DNA from: Acidobacteriota bacterium
GTDB taxonomy: Bacteria > Acidobacteriota > Vicinamibacteria > Vicinamibacterales > 2-12-FULL-66-21
NCBI GenBank assembly: GCA_003222675.1
Contig: QHWT01000068.1
Span: 7,969-71,968, forward strand
Length of the DNA: 64,000 nucleotides
Direction of reading: 5' to 3'
In this document: positions 13,501 to 19,387 of the stretch, piece by piece
Position numbering within the stretch: the first letter of the stretch is position 1
Layout: every line of letters starts with the position of its first letter
Notes under the pieces: generated by a model
Told to the model about the DNA's origin: nothing
The model's input: only the letters and a program-made list of their open reading frames with translations
Database searches by the model: none
Translations under genes and position numbers: made by a program

Positions 13501-13633
13501 CGGCTCGCTCGAGCTCACGAAGGGTGCCGGGCCGGCGGTCCGCGTATATTCACGAATTCCACGGATTCAGCTTCGGCGCGGTCAGCGAGTTGACGTCACT
13601 CGCCGTGGATTGGTTCATCGACCCGGCGAGTAA
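4511..13633 (+). CDS. giant secreted multidomain protein (BNR/sialidase-like propeller, PQIS[ST] repeats, Ig-like, GloVer-type propeller repeats, parallel beta-helix repeats); 3' end apparently frameshifted
   Basis: Signal peptide; Asp-box motifs SCDRGRTW, SSDGGATW, SFDRGRTF; DGxFYGTTxxGG repeats; many GNxIGTDxxG/NVISGN repeats; GANNLQNFPVIT. Confidence 0.85.
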   Translation: MKRAVAWSAVFAILLSAGLNGQAPHAGRSAPLQPGPNVNAVGGVANPHDPAALVKADLNQQRQNETVAAASTRNPDHILAAANDYRFVDFPEDQFFGGTQNFLSRLIARLVGRPMRHVPARTAAAVGAWTGVYRSCDRGRTWIGSAVPGSALDFSDASNNSALKRLTESAELQGGHAETTDPVLVAGPGGRMHLAVLGFVRFAGGSVGDSRMYYVSYTDRNNREGGTCFNYDFMREIDSAAAYASIAAPNAEGPFIDKPTIAVDKDGTLYVAYTVFNDTVKSRIVVARSSDGGATWKKTIPLLNAGFLRNHGAALTVDPLNGTVYLAWRMFFDNWPLMVISRSFDRGRTFLPATPISHFWPARGVDKIIDQLKAARLQPYDQFSAGQNDPVDLRFRTATARSLAFPTIVAGVVNGRSKVFAAWVERADVTPGSMTFGQPSATGSPRIMFSMSDNGITFTPRRAIDAAPRRENLFQVGVGSMLTRPSGPQVQPVLTMSGTTNGQLLLMYYESRDELDAVTQSISGLERVLDVRALRIDPSTGEPLAPSVQVSQYPVVTNSSPVTLPETAPGYRMANRQNLTMYSGGFAAFFGDYAHLSPSRPFEFKAGEWTWTSEASPSLAIWTDNRDVAFPLNAEGRVDISRDWTKYMPIVPTDSMATLPPDCTFVSSRNSNPYFTEIGGIIAGAPQSFKPLTIQRAFATYVENRTPDDRFFRLTIQDDEARGIDGSFDQFDFGAGSDVRNVKIFGHSSHHRTIWVQPRPQAPTASLSMLVQETTTLGGVLKADGYVARVVINPDPNNDALTTVPATAPQFAGDPTITADNSELHNPQISSPQISTFRVTAPQISSPQISSPQISSPQISTPQISSPQISTPQISSPQISTPQISTAPPDEGNGTDVTYTVTNQGTTWTTYEALFNVPGVTNLIGSGNYQFQVLITRTSLVPAFLQTAKGCEPAARTEVQVIANIPVPQISSPQIATLSNPQISTPQISTPQIATFSLAPAGGADDSTQNGTAAVSIARAAALSTGNDDSHSPILRDEVKVTLRAIALRPRAEILANGGTLFEPRRVVVRVESESTNVVRGIIQPDGTQPADVRLLTPTVSLTGGSFAFDGNRHPATGFAFGVNGINDVLSPALTFSYVGIGSTVYGPATTAPTDVGTYSAVGTFAGNLNYSAASNSAVINITAAGGTAPETTVASGPPSNSLSRTASFTFTSSNELSTFACSLDGGAFAACTSPATYFGLVNGSHTFRVQATDRANTDPTPASYSWTVNVAANYEVLHYLGSAFLDSSNGFLSTAPLLQGTDGFFYGTTRSGGAFGGGTAFRIDSSGHLVLLTSFPPLAEPSGPLTLATDGNFYVTGRLGGPISAGAIYRFDTGGHLTTLHPLASSTEGANPSAGVIQGSGGFFYGSTTSGGAFSGGTVFRMDTAGNLTVLHAFNNEDGALPLRVIQAPDGNLYGTTISGGAFNAGTVFRLTTSGELTVLHAFDPSVDGSSPQGGLVLATDGFFYGTTGSSFGAFGGTIYKIDRDGRFAVVHRLDTNTEGAGPVSELIQGSDGNFYGEAGSGGQTGGGTLYRMDGSGNVTVLHFFGGSGDGLFPGAGVIQGSDGALYGTTVGSANFASTGVVFRFNLAGVAVPTRTVTTTANGGAGSLRQAILDANASAGVRDEIRFDIPGAGPHTIDLTEALPALTGPVFINGGSQPGYAGIPLIVVRNLQSLPTGLMLSPAGNSRIRGLSIVGFRTTGIDALAGTNNVIDGNYIGVLPDGTAFENAVGVSISGADNLVGGTTADARNVISGNLGSGILIKGASARGNLVRGNYVGIGPDGTTAIPNGQSAIFLSDASSNTVGGNVSGAGNVVSGNRGDAITVDGVSAVANVIQGNLIGTDRTGLIRVPNGNIGISVVGAVNTAIGGPGLGRNVVSGNVIGIQVRANATGTAIQNNYIGLDAAASAAISNRWGVMIVDSANGNTVGGISPGVGNVISGNTTTGVEIAQNSQSNLIQGNLIGTDPSSNTAIANGFGVYLHGGASGNTIGGSVPGAGNVISGNQTGIGVFVDEDAPSNVVAGNRVGTNAAGTTAVPNGTGIRVSSANNTIGGTTSGARNLVSGNSGPFDAGITIAGPAATGNVIQGNFVGTDVSGTGSIPNLGNQGAILVTAGAASNTIGGTIAGAGNVVSGNTRDAITICCTVRNNSVQGNFIGTDPTGMVRVGNGGIGLDIAFGALDTMVGGPGAARNIISGNGTGILIRNDASGTLVQNNYIGVNATGSAALPNDVGVWMISLSTAGQVIGGSADGLGNVISGNAGVGLDLGNADGNRIEGNRIGTDASGDSALGNGSAGIRLQGSRNNTIGGSTAAARNLISGNRGHGVDVQNSSTSNVVSGNYIGLNAAGTTAIGNGLSGVEISFASDNRIGGFTASEANIIGGNATGVALDGFGALANHVTGNIIGLGADCCSPASARVPNRIGVSISGTTGIPGPNQFPNTIGVDVVSGLGRGNVISANTLSGVRIASSSIANAISGNWIGTDPTGAVALPNGTNGVELDGASSTGVQFNTIKFNAQAGVRVLSGIDNRVENNNISFNGELGIDLGPAGVTPNDDADADAGANNLQNFPVITSATAFSESTRVTGTLNSTPSTTFTLSFYGNASCDASGNGEGEFALGSSTVTTDLTGNAAFDTFVPGTLPPGAFVTTTATDPSGNTSEFSACQPESGWQPFTAPGTAAEVTTANPRSGNASLELVTERQVPVLVNAPTTPFGTFGQLNALSFDWAIDPASHGQLPPDLALRVYPANDPRSFFLHWDACNNGLCAFRPKGVWTTTSLIGQLSIQSAGPGFNTPPASLAEIPADAPISGIDLRGNFSFGLPSFSYIDNVTIGFTGGRPIVFNFELVNPAASRHRPVIDWTAPPAIAAGTPLSFAELNARSPAAGTFTYTPPSGAVLPADAHPLTTQFAPSDSSRFFPVSELVPLTVTGLRTVLPDDASWFPFLPNPTASAVVTAANPRSGTGSLELTKGAGPAVRVYSRIPRIQLRRGQRVDVTRRGLVHRPGE
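6989..7495 (+). repeat. coding 15-bp pentapeptide repeats P-Q-I-[SA]-[ST] in two blocks
   Basis: 11 copies in 6989-7168 (one FRVTA interruption) and 5 copies in 7412-7495, with synonymous codon variation. Confidence 0.9.
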
Positions 13634-13879
13634 CAGCCATGCACGCCACAACCGACCGGCGCGTGGCAGACGACTGACCTGATGGGTCGACTCAGAATTC
13701 AGGCGGCAGAGGCCAACACGCCCCCCGCCTCGCTCGCGGATATTCCGCCGGATGCGCCGATCGTCGGCATTCACATTCGCGCGGACTTCGGGTTCGGCGG
13801 ACCGTGGCACGGGTTCGCGGACAATCTGACGATCGGCTTCGGCAACCGCGAACCGATCGTCTTCAACTTCGAGAAATGA
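13542..13879 (+). pseudogene. out-of-frame C-terminal remainder of the giant protein (second copy of a duplicated domain)
   Basis: 13542-13637 in a shifted frame reads FSFGAVSELTSLAVDWFIDPAS; from about 13637 the original frame reads TGAWQTTDLMG..NTPPASLADIP..IVFNFEK*; both parallel the earlier copy FGTFGQLNALSFDWAIDPAS..NTPPASLAEIP..IVFNFE. Confidence 0.75.
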
Positions 13880-13923
13880 GAATGCCCGGTCCAGAAGTAC
13901 CGGGATAGCCCGGCCCGACTATC

Positions 13924-15066
13924 CTAGCCGGGAAGGTCGGTCGCGATCGACGCCGGGTGCGCATAACCTTCCCGCGCGTCGTGCCCGCCGAAGTACTCCT
14001 TCGCGTCCGGCCTCTTGATTTCCGAGTGCGCGACGATGCGGTCGCGGCGGATGCCGCGGAAATCATCGAGCGTGCGCCAGCCGTCGCCGGCGTGCTGCTC
14101 CAGAAACGCCTGCATCCCCGAGATTAATCCGCTGATGATCGTTGGACCGATCGCGCGATCCAGCATCGCGGCGGTGCAGACCTGCACCGTGCCGCAGCCA
14201 AGGAGGAAGTAATTGAGCGCGTGCGTGAAGTCCGAGATCCCTCCAATCCCTGAAAAGCTGCGATCGGGAAACGCGGTCGTCATCTGTGCCATCTTCGCGA
14301 GCGACTGCGGGAGGATCGCGGGGCCGCCGAGACCGCCGTACGACACCTTGCCCTCGACGTGCACCTCGAATTCGAGCGATTGCGGGTCGACGAGCGGCAG
14401 GGACGTGAATGTGTTCGAAGAGGAGATTGCGTCGGCGCCCGCCGCGAACGCGGCCTCGGCTTCCTTCGCGATGTTCGTTGTCGTCGGCGTCAGCTTGACC
14501 CAGACCGGCACGCGCGCCGCGGCCTTCACCACGCGAACCACGGTGTCGATCAGCTCACAGTTCTTGCCGATGTTCGAGCCCATGTCCTCCCGGTCCATGT
14601 GCGGACACGACAGGTTCAGCTCGAACGCATCCACGCCCTGGGCCTGGCACGCCTCCGCCAGCTCGCGCCAGTGATCGAGCTCCCGATCATCTTCCGAGCC
14701 CGCCATGATCGAGGCCACGAGCACGCGGTCGGGATACGCGTCCTTGATCCGGCGGAGGCGTGGCAGCCACCAATCGAGCGGCTTGTCGGAAATGAGCTCC
14801 CAGTTCCACGATGAATGGAGCGCCGTGTTCGCGCGCTTCTCCATCGAGATCTGCGCGGTGTCGGGCGACGAACGGAGGAATCTCGTTTTCGGTCCCTTGA
14901 CGTTCACTACAGGGTGCATGCCAATCGTCTTGGTGACGACCCCGCCCCACCCGGCCTCGAACGCGCGCAGGATGTTCGTGTCCGACTCGGTCGGCGGCGC
15001 CGAGGCGAGCAGAAACGGGTTCTCGAAGCGGATGCCGGTGAATACCGTGCCGACGGATGCGGACAT
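13924..15066 (-). CDS. preA: dihydropyrimidine dehydrogenase FMN subunit (PreA/PydA-like) without C-terminal ferredoxin domain
   Basis: ENPFLLASAPPT, AGWGGVVTKT, NWELISD, ELNLSCPH, VWVKLTP, SGIGGI, TVQVCTA; start set at MSASVG; adjacent pyrimidine catabolism genes. Confidence 0.85.
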   Translation of the reverse strand: MSASVGTVFTGIRFENPFLLASAPPTESDTNILRAFEAGWGGVVTKTIGMHPVVNVKGPKTRFLRSSPDTAQISMEKRANTALHSSWNWELISDKPLDWWLPRLRRIKDAYPDRVLVASIMAGSEDDRELDHWRELAEACQAQGVDAFELNLSCPHMDREDMGSNIGKNCELIDTVVRVVKAAARVPVWVKLTPTTTNIAKEAEAAFAAGADAISSSNTFTSLPLVDPQSLEFEVHVEGKVSYGGLGGPAILPQSLAKMAQMTTAFPDRSFSGIGGISDFTHALNYFLLGCGTVQVCTAAMLDRAIGPTIISGLISGMQAFLEQHAGDGWRTLDDFRGIRRDRIVAHSEIKRPDAKEYFGGHDAREGYAHPASIATDLPG

Positions 15067-15163
15067 GAGGGCCCCCCGAGGTGGAAGCCGTGAGTGTAGC
15101 CCAGTTCGGTGAAAATCCGTGTAATCCGTGTTACCTTGCCACCCTTCCCCACCGGAGGCACTG

Positions 15164-16033
15164 ATGGCGCGAAGCGTTCGTGGCGGATTGATCCAGGTGA
15201 AGGCAGATGTGCCGCTCGACGGCTCCGCCGGAGACGTCAAGCGGCGCATGATCGACAAGCACATGCCGCTCATCGAGGAGGCGGCGAGCAAAGGAGTGCA
15301 GCTCCTTTGCCTGCAGGAACTGTTCTACGGCCCGTACTTCTGCGCCGAGCAGCACACGCGCTGGTACGAGATGGTCGAACGGATTCCCGACGGCCCGACG
15401 ATCCAGTTGATGCAGGACGTCGCGCGGCGGCAGGGCATGGTGATGGTGGTGCCGATCTACGAGGAAGAGATGACGGGGGTGTATTACAACGCCGCGGCCG
15501 TCATCGACGCGGATGGGAAGTATCTCGGCAAGTATCGCAAGCACCACATCCCGCACGTCGCGCCGGGATTCTGGGAGAAGTTCTACTTCCGTCCCGGCAA
15601 TCTCGGATATCCCGTCTTCGAGACCGCCGCGGGACGCGTGGGCGTCTACATCTGCTACGACCGTCATTTCCCCGAAGGGGCGCGCATCCTCGGTCTGAAC
15701 GGCGCGGAGATAGTACTCAATCCGTCCGCGACGGTTGCGGGCCTCTCGGAGTATTTGTGGAAGCTGGAGCAACCGGCGCATGCCGTTGCCAACGGATATT
15801 TCGTTGGCGCGATCAACCGGGTAGGCGTCGAAGCGCCGTGGAAGATCGGTGAGTTCTACGGGCAGAGCTACTTCTGCGATCCGCGTGGCCGCTTCATCGC
15901 CGAAGGCAGCCGCGACAAAGACGAGCTGATCGTCGCCGACCTGAATCTCGATCTGATCCAGGAAGTGCGCAACACGTGGCAGTTCTATCGCGACCGTCGT
16001 CCCGAGACGTACGGCACGATTACTGCGCTGTAG
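15164..16033 (+). CDS. nitrilase-family carbon-nitrogen hydrolase, probable beta-ureidopropionase
   Basis: CLQELF, KYRKHHIP, EKFYF, ICYDRHFPE catalytic E-K-C triad; GGAGG RBS before MARSV; upstream of dihydropyrimidinase. Confidence 0.88.
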   Translation: MARSVRGGLIQVKADVPLDGSAGDVKRRMIDKHMPLIEEAASKGVQLLCLQELFYGPYFCAEQHTRWYEMVERIPDGPTIQLMQDVARRQGMVMVVPIYEEEMTGVYYNAAAVIDADGKYLGKYRKHHIPHVAPGFWEKFYFRPGNLGYPVFETAAGRVGVYICYDRHFPEGARILGLNGAEIVLNPSATVAGLSEYLWKLEQPAHAVANGYFVGAINRVGVEAPWKIGEFYGQSYFCDPRGRFIAEGSRDKDELIVADLNLDLIQEVRNTWQFYRDRRPETYGTITAL

Positions 16034-16088
16034 CAAGGCTTCGGGCTTCAGGCTTCCGGCTTCGCCGTTCGGGCTTCGGCGTTTAATC

Positions 16089-17489
16089 ATGAGCCTTCTG
16101 ATTACTAACGGACGGGTGATCACCGCGGCCGATGACTACGTTGCCGATGTCTACTGCGAGAACGGCACCATCACGGCCATCGGGAAGGACCTGCCGTCAC
16201 ACCGCTTTCAGGCGGAGCGGACGATCGATGCGTCCGGCAAGTACGTGATGCCAGGCGGCATCGACGTGCACACGCACCTTGACATGCCCTTCGGCGGCAC
16301 GTGTTCGTCGGATGACTTCGAAACCGGCACGATTGCCGCAGCGTTTGGCGGGACGACGAGCCTCGTCGACTTCGCGATCCAGTACCGCGGCAAGACGATG
16401 AGGCACGCGCTGGACGACTGGATGGCCAAGGCGTCCGGCAAGGCGGTGATCGATTACTCGTTCCACATGATCCTCACGGAACTGCCCGATGCGGGCCTCT
16501 CCGACATGGACACGATGGTGCGTCAGGGGATCACCAGCTTCAAGCTGTTCATGGCCTATCCGGGCGTGTTCATGGTGGACGATGCGACGATCTTCAGGGC
16601 GTTGCGGCGGACGGGGGAGAACGGCGGCCTCGTCTGCATGCACGCCGAGAACGGCGGCGTGATCGACGTGCTCGTGCAGGAGGCGCTCCGCAAGGGAGAG
16701 AAGGCGCCGAAGTATCATGCGCTGACGCGGCCGTCACGCGCGGAGGGAGAAGCGACCGGCCGCGCGATCGCGCTCGCCGAGATCGCCGGCGTGCCGATCT
16801 ACATCGTGCATCTGTCCTCCGCTGACGCGCTCGAAAAGATCAGGCACGCACGCGACATGGGCCTGCCCGCCTATGCGGAGACATGCCCGCAGTATCTGTT
16901 TCTCTCATACGACAACTACGAAGAGCCGGGCTTCAACGGCGCAAAGTACGTGATGTCGCCGCCGCTGCGCGAGAAGTGGCACCAGGACGTGTTGTGGAAA
17001 GGGCTCGCAAAGAACGACCTGCAGGTCATCTCGACCGATCACTGCCCGTTCTGCATGAGCGAGCAGAAGGAGCTCGGGAAAGACGATTTCAGCAAAATTC
17101 CCAACGGCGCGCCGGGGATCGAGACGCGCCTGACGCTGGTGCACAACGGCGGCGTGCGCGGCGGCCGCATCAGTCTCAACCGCTTCGTCGAGCTCTGCTC
17201 GACGACGCCCGCGAGAATGTTCGGCCTGTTCCCACGCAAAGGGACGATCGCCGTCGGCAGCGACGCCGATATCGTCATCTTCGATCCGGATGCCAGGCAG
17301 ACGCTCGGCGTCAAGACGCTCCATATGCGGGTCGACTACAACCCCTACGAAGGCACCGTCGTGCAGGGCGCGCCAAGCGCCGTCATTTCGAACGGCACGG
17401 TGATCGTCGAGGGGGGCAAGTTCGTCGGCAGGAAGGGCGCGGGACGCTTCATCAAACGCGGACCGAGTCAAGCCCCATCGGGACTTTAA
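16089..17489 (+). CDS. hydA: dihydropyrimidinase (D-hydantoinase)
   Basis: PGGIDVHTH, GGTTS.VDF, SFKLFMAY, MHAEN, YIVHLS, ETCPQYL, SPPLR, STDHCPF, IPNGAPG. Confidence 0.93.
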   Translation: MSLLITNGRVITAADDYVADVYCENGTITAIGKDLPSHRFQAERTIDASGKYVMPGGIDVHTHLDMPFGGTCSSDDFETGTIAAAFGGTTSLVDFAIQYRGKTMRHALDDWMAKASGKAVIDYSFHMILTELPDAGLSDMDTMVRQGITSFKLFMAYPGVFMVDDATIFRALRRTGENGGLVCMHAENGGVIDVLVQEALRKGEKAPKYHALTRPSRAEGEATGRAIALAEIAGVPIYIVHLSSADALEKIRHARDMGLPAYAETCPQYLFLSYDNYEEPGFNGAKYVMSPPLREKWHQDVLWKGLAKNDLQVISTDHCPFCMSEQKELGKDDFSKIPNGAPGIETRLTLVHNGGVRGGRISLNRFVELCSTTPARMFGLFPRKGTIAVGSDADIVIFDPDARQTLGVKTLHMRVDYNPYEGTVVQGAPSAVISNGTVIVEGGKFVGRKGAGRFIKRGPSQAPSGL

Positions 17490-17583
17490 CTTAATGACCC
17501 CGGGGTGCCTAATGACTCACCTGAAGCCTGAAGCCTGAGGCCCGAAGCCCGAAGCTGAAGCCCGAAGCCATTCACGCGAGCTG

Positions 17584-19053
17584 ATGATCACTGCGAGCCA
17601 GACCACACTCCCCGACGGGCGGGTCGAGCTCCGCGAGCGCTCGCGCATCAAAGCGAGTCCCCTTTACAACGAGGACCTCGCGCCGGTGCCGATCGCGCGG
17701 CGTACGTGGACCACTTACAACTACGCCGCGCTGTGGATCAGCATGGCGCACTGTATCCCGACGTACATGCTCGCGTCGGGACTGATCGCGTCCGGGATGA
17801 ACTGGTGGCAGGCCTTGGTGACGGTGTTGCTGGGCAACACGATCGTGCTCGTGCCGATCCTCTTGAACTCCCACCCGGGCACCAAATATGGCATCCCCTT
17901 CCCCGTCTTCGCGCGCGCCGCATTTGGCACGATCGGATCGAACCTCCCGGCGTTGATGCGCGCGATCGTCGCGTGCGGCTGGTTCGGCATCCAGGCGTGG
18001 ATCGGCGGCGAGGCGTTGAACACCTTCTTCACGAGCGTGGTGCCCGGATGGGCAACGCTCCTCGGCGCCGGTTTCGGCGGACACTCGGGAACGGAATGGC
18101 TGTCGTTCCTGATGTTCTGGTCGCTCAACATCTACATCATCTACCGCGGGATGGATCTGCTGCGCCGCGTCGAGAACTGGGCGGCGCCGTTCGTGCTCGT
18201 GATGACCGGCGCGCTCCTCGCCTGGGCCGTCTGGCGCGCGCACGGCTTCGGACCTCTCTTTGCGCAGCGAGGACGATTCACGAACGCCGCGGACTTCTTC
18301 AAGGTGTTCGTTCCCTCGCTGACGGCCATGATCGGGTTCTGGGCGACGCTCTCGCTCAACATGCCCGACTTCACGCGCTTCGGGCGCAGCCAGCGCGAGC
18401 AGGTGGTTGGCCAGGTGGTCGCGCTCCCCACGACGATGTTCGTGTTCGCGGCGATGGGCGTCATGATCACGAGCGCCACCTCGATCATCTACGGCGAGTT
18501 GATCTGGGATCCGGTGAAACTGATAGGACGATTCCGCGATCCACTCGTCATCGCGGTGTCGATGTTCACCGCGGTCGTCGCGACGCTCGCGGTGAATATC
18601 GCGGCAAACGTCGTCTCCCCTGCCAACGACTTCGCGAATGCGTTCCCGCGCGCCATCAGTTTCAAGACGGGCGGCTTGATCACGGGCGTCCTCGGGATCG
18701 TGATTCAACCGTGGAAGCTGCTCGCGGATCCATCGGGCTACATCTTCACGTGGCTGCTCGGATATTCCGGCGGCCTCGGATCGATCGCGGGCGTGCTGAT
18801 CGCGGACTACTGGATCGTGCGCCGCACGGATCTTCGTCTCGAAGATTTGTACCTGCCTGACGGCCGCTATCGTTACTCCCGCGGATGGCACGTGCCGGGC
18901 GCGGTGGCCACGATCGCGGGCTGCGCGGCCGCATGGGGCGGCCTCCTCATTCCGCTGCTGCGCCCGCTTTACGACTATGCCTGGTTCGTTGGCTTTGGCG
19001 TCGCCGCGCTTGTCTATTTCGTAATCGCCAGTTGGGAAAAGTCTTCCCGGTAG
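17584..19053 (+). CDS. NCS1 family nucleobase:cation symporter (uracil/dihydropyrimidine uptake)
   Basis: LYNEDLAP, GTKYGIPFPVFARAAFG, WATLSLNMPDFTRF, NIAANVVSP, QPW; about 12 TM helices. Confidence 0.92.
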   Translation: MITASQTTLPDGRVELRERSRIKASPLYNEDLAPVPIARRTWTTYNYAALWISMAHCIPTYMLASGLIASGMNWWQALVTVLLGNTIVLVPILLNSHPGTKYGIPFPVFARAAFGTIGSNLPALMRAIVACGWFGIQAWIGGEALNTFFTSVVPGWATLLGAGFGGHSGTEWLSFLMFWSLNIYIIYRGMDLLRRVENWAAPFVLVMTGALLAWAVWRAHGFGPLFAQRGRFTNAADFFKVFVPSLTAMIGFWATLSLNMPDFTRFGRSQREQVVGQVVALPTTMFVFAAMGVMITSATSIIYGELIWDPVKLIGRFRDPLVIAVSMFTAVVATLAVNIAANVVSPANDFANAFPRAISFKTGGLITGVLGIVIQPWKLLADPSGYIFTWLLGYSGGLGSIAGVLIADYWIVRRTDLRLEDLYLPDGRYRYSRGWHVPGAVATIAGCAAAWGGLLIPLLRPLYDYAWFVGFGVAALVYFVIASWEKSSR

Positions 19054-19216
19054 CGGCTGAGCGTCCTTTTTGTTTTCTGCCGCCCCAACAATCCTCCGGC
19101 GGCTGAACTAATGTCTGCCAGCGCGAGGACTTTCGCGACAGTTCTGCAACACTCCAGATACGAATTTCGCTGGGGAAATATTGACAATTCTGCCATTTGA
19201 CAGTTTTCGCGCCCCC

Positions 19217-19232
19217 CGGCCAGCAACTTGCT
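19217..19232 (+). promoter_or_regulatory. possible sigma54 (-24/-12) promoter for the giant gene at 19388
   Basis: CGGCCAGCAACTTGCT = GG-N10-GC with TTGC; two TTGACA direct repeats just upstream (19181, 19197). Confidence 0.35.
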
Positions 19233-19387
19233 CAAGTCGCCGGCACAACAACCGATCTGAGCCGATTGCAGCGGTCTACCGCCGCATCGTGCGCTGAGTC
19301 TCCTGGCGGAGCGCGAGACCTCCAGGTGCGTCAGCCATACCGGAGGTCTGCGCCGGGGATCGATTTCAAGGTGGAGGGTGCCGCGTC

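Noticed and set aside
15067-15291. N-terminal extension of preA
   Set aside because: Overlaps the divergent nitrilase gene; family similarity starts at MSASVG
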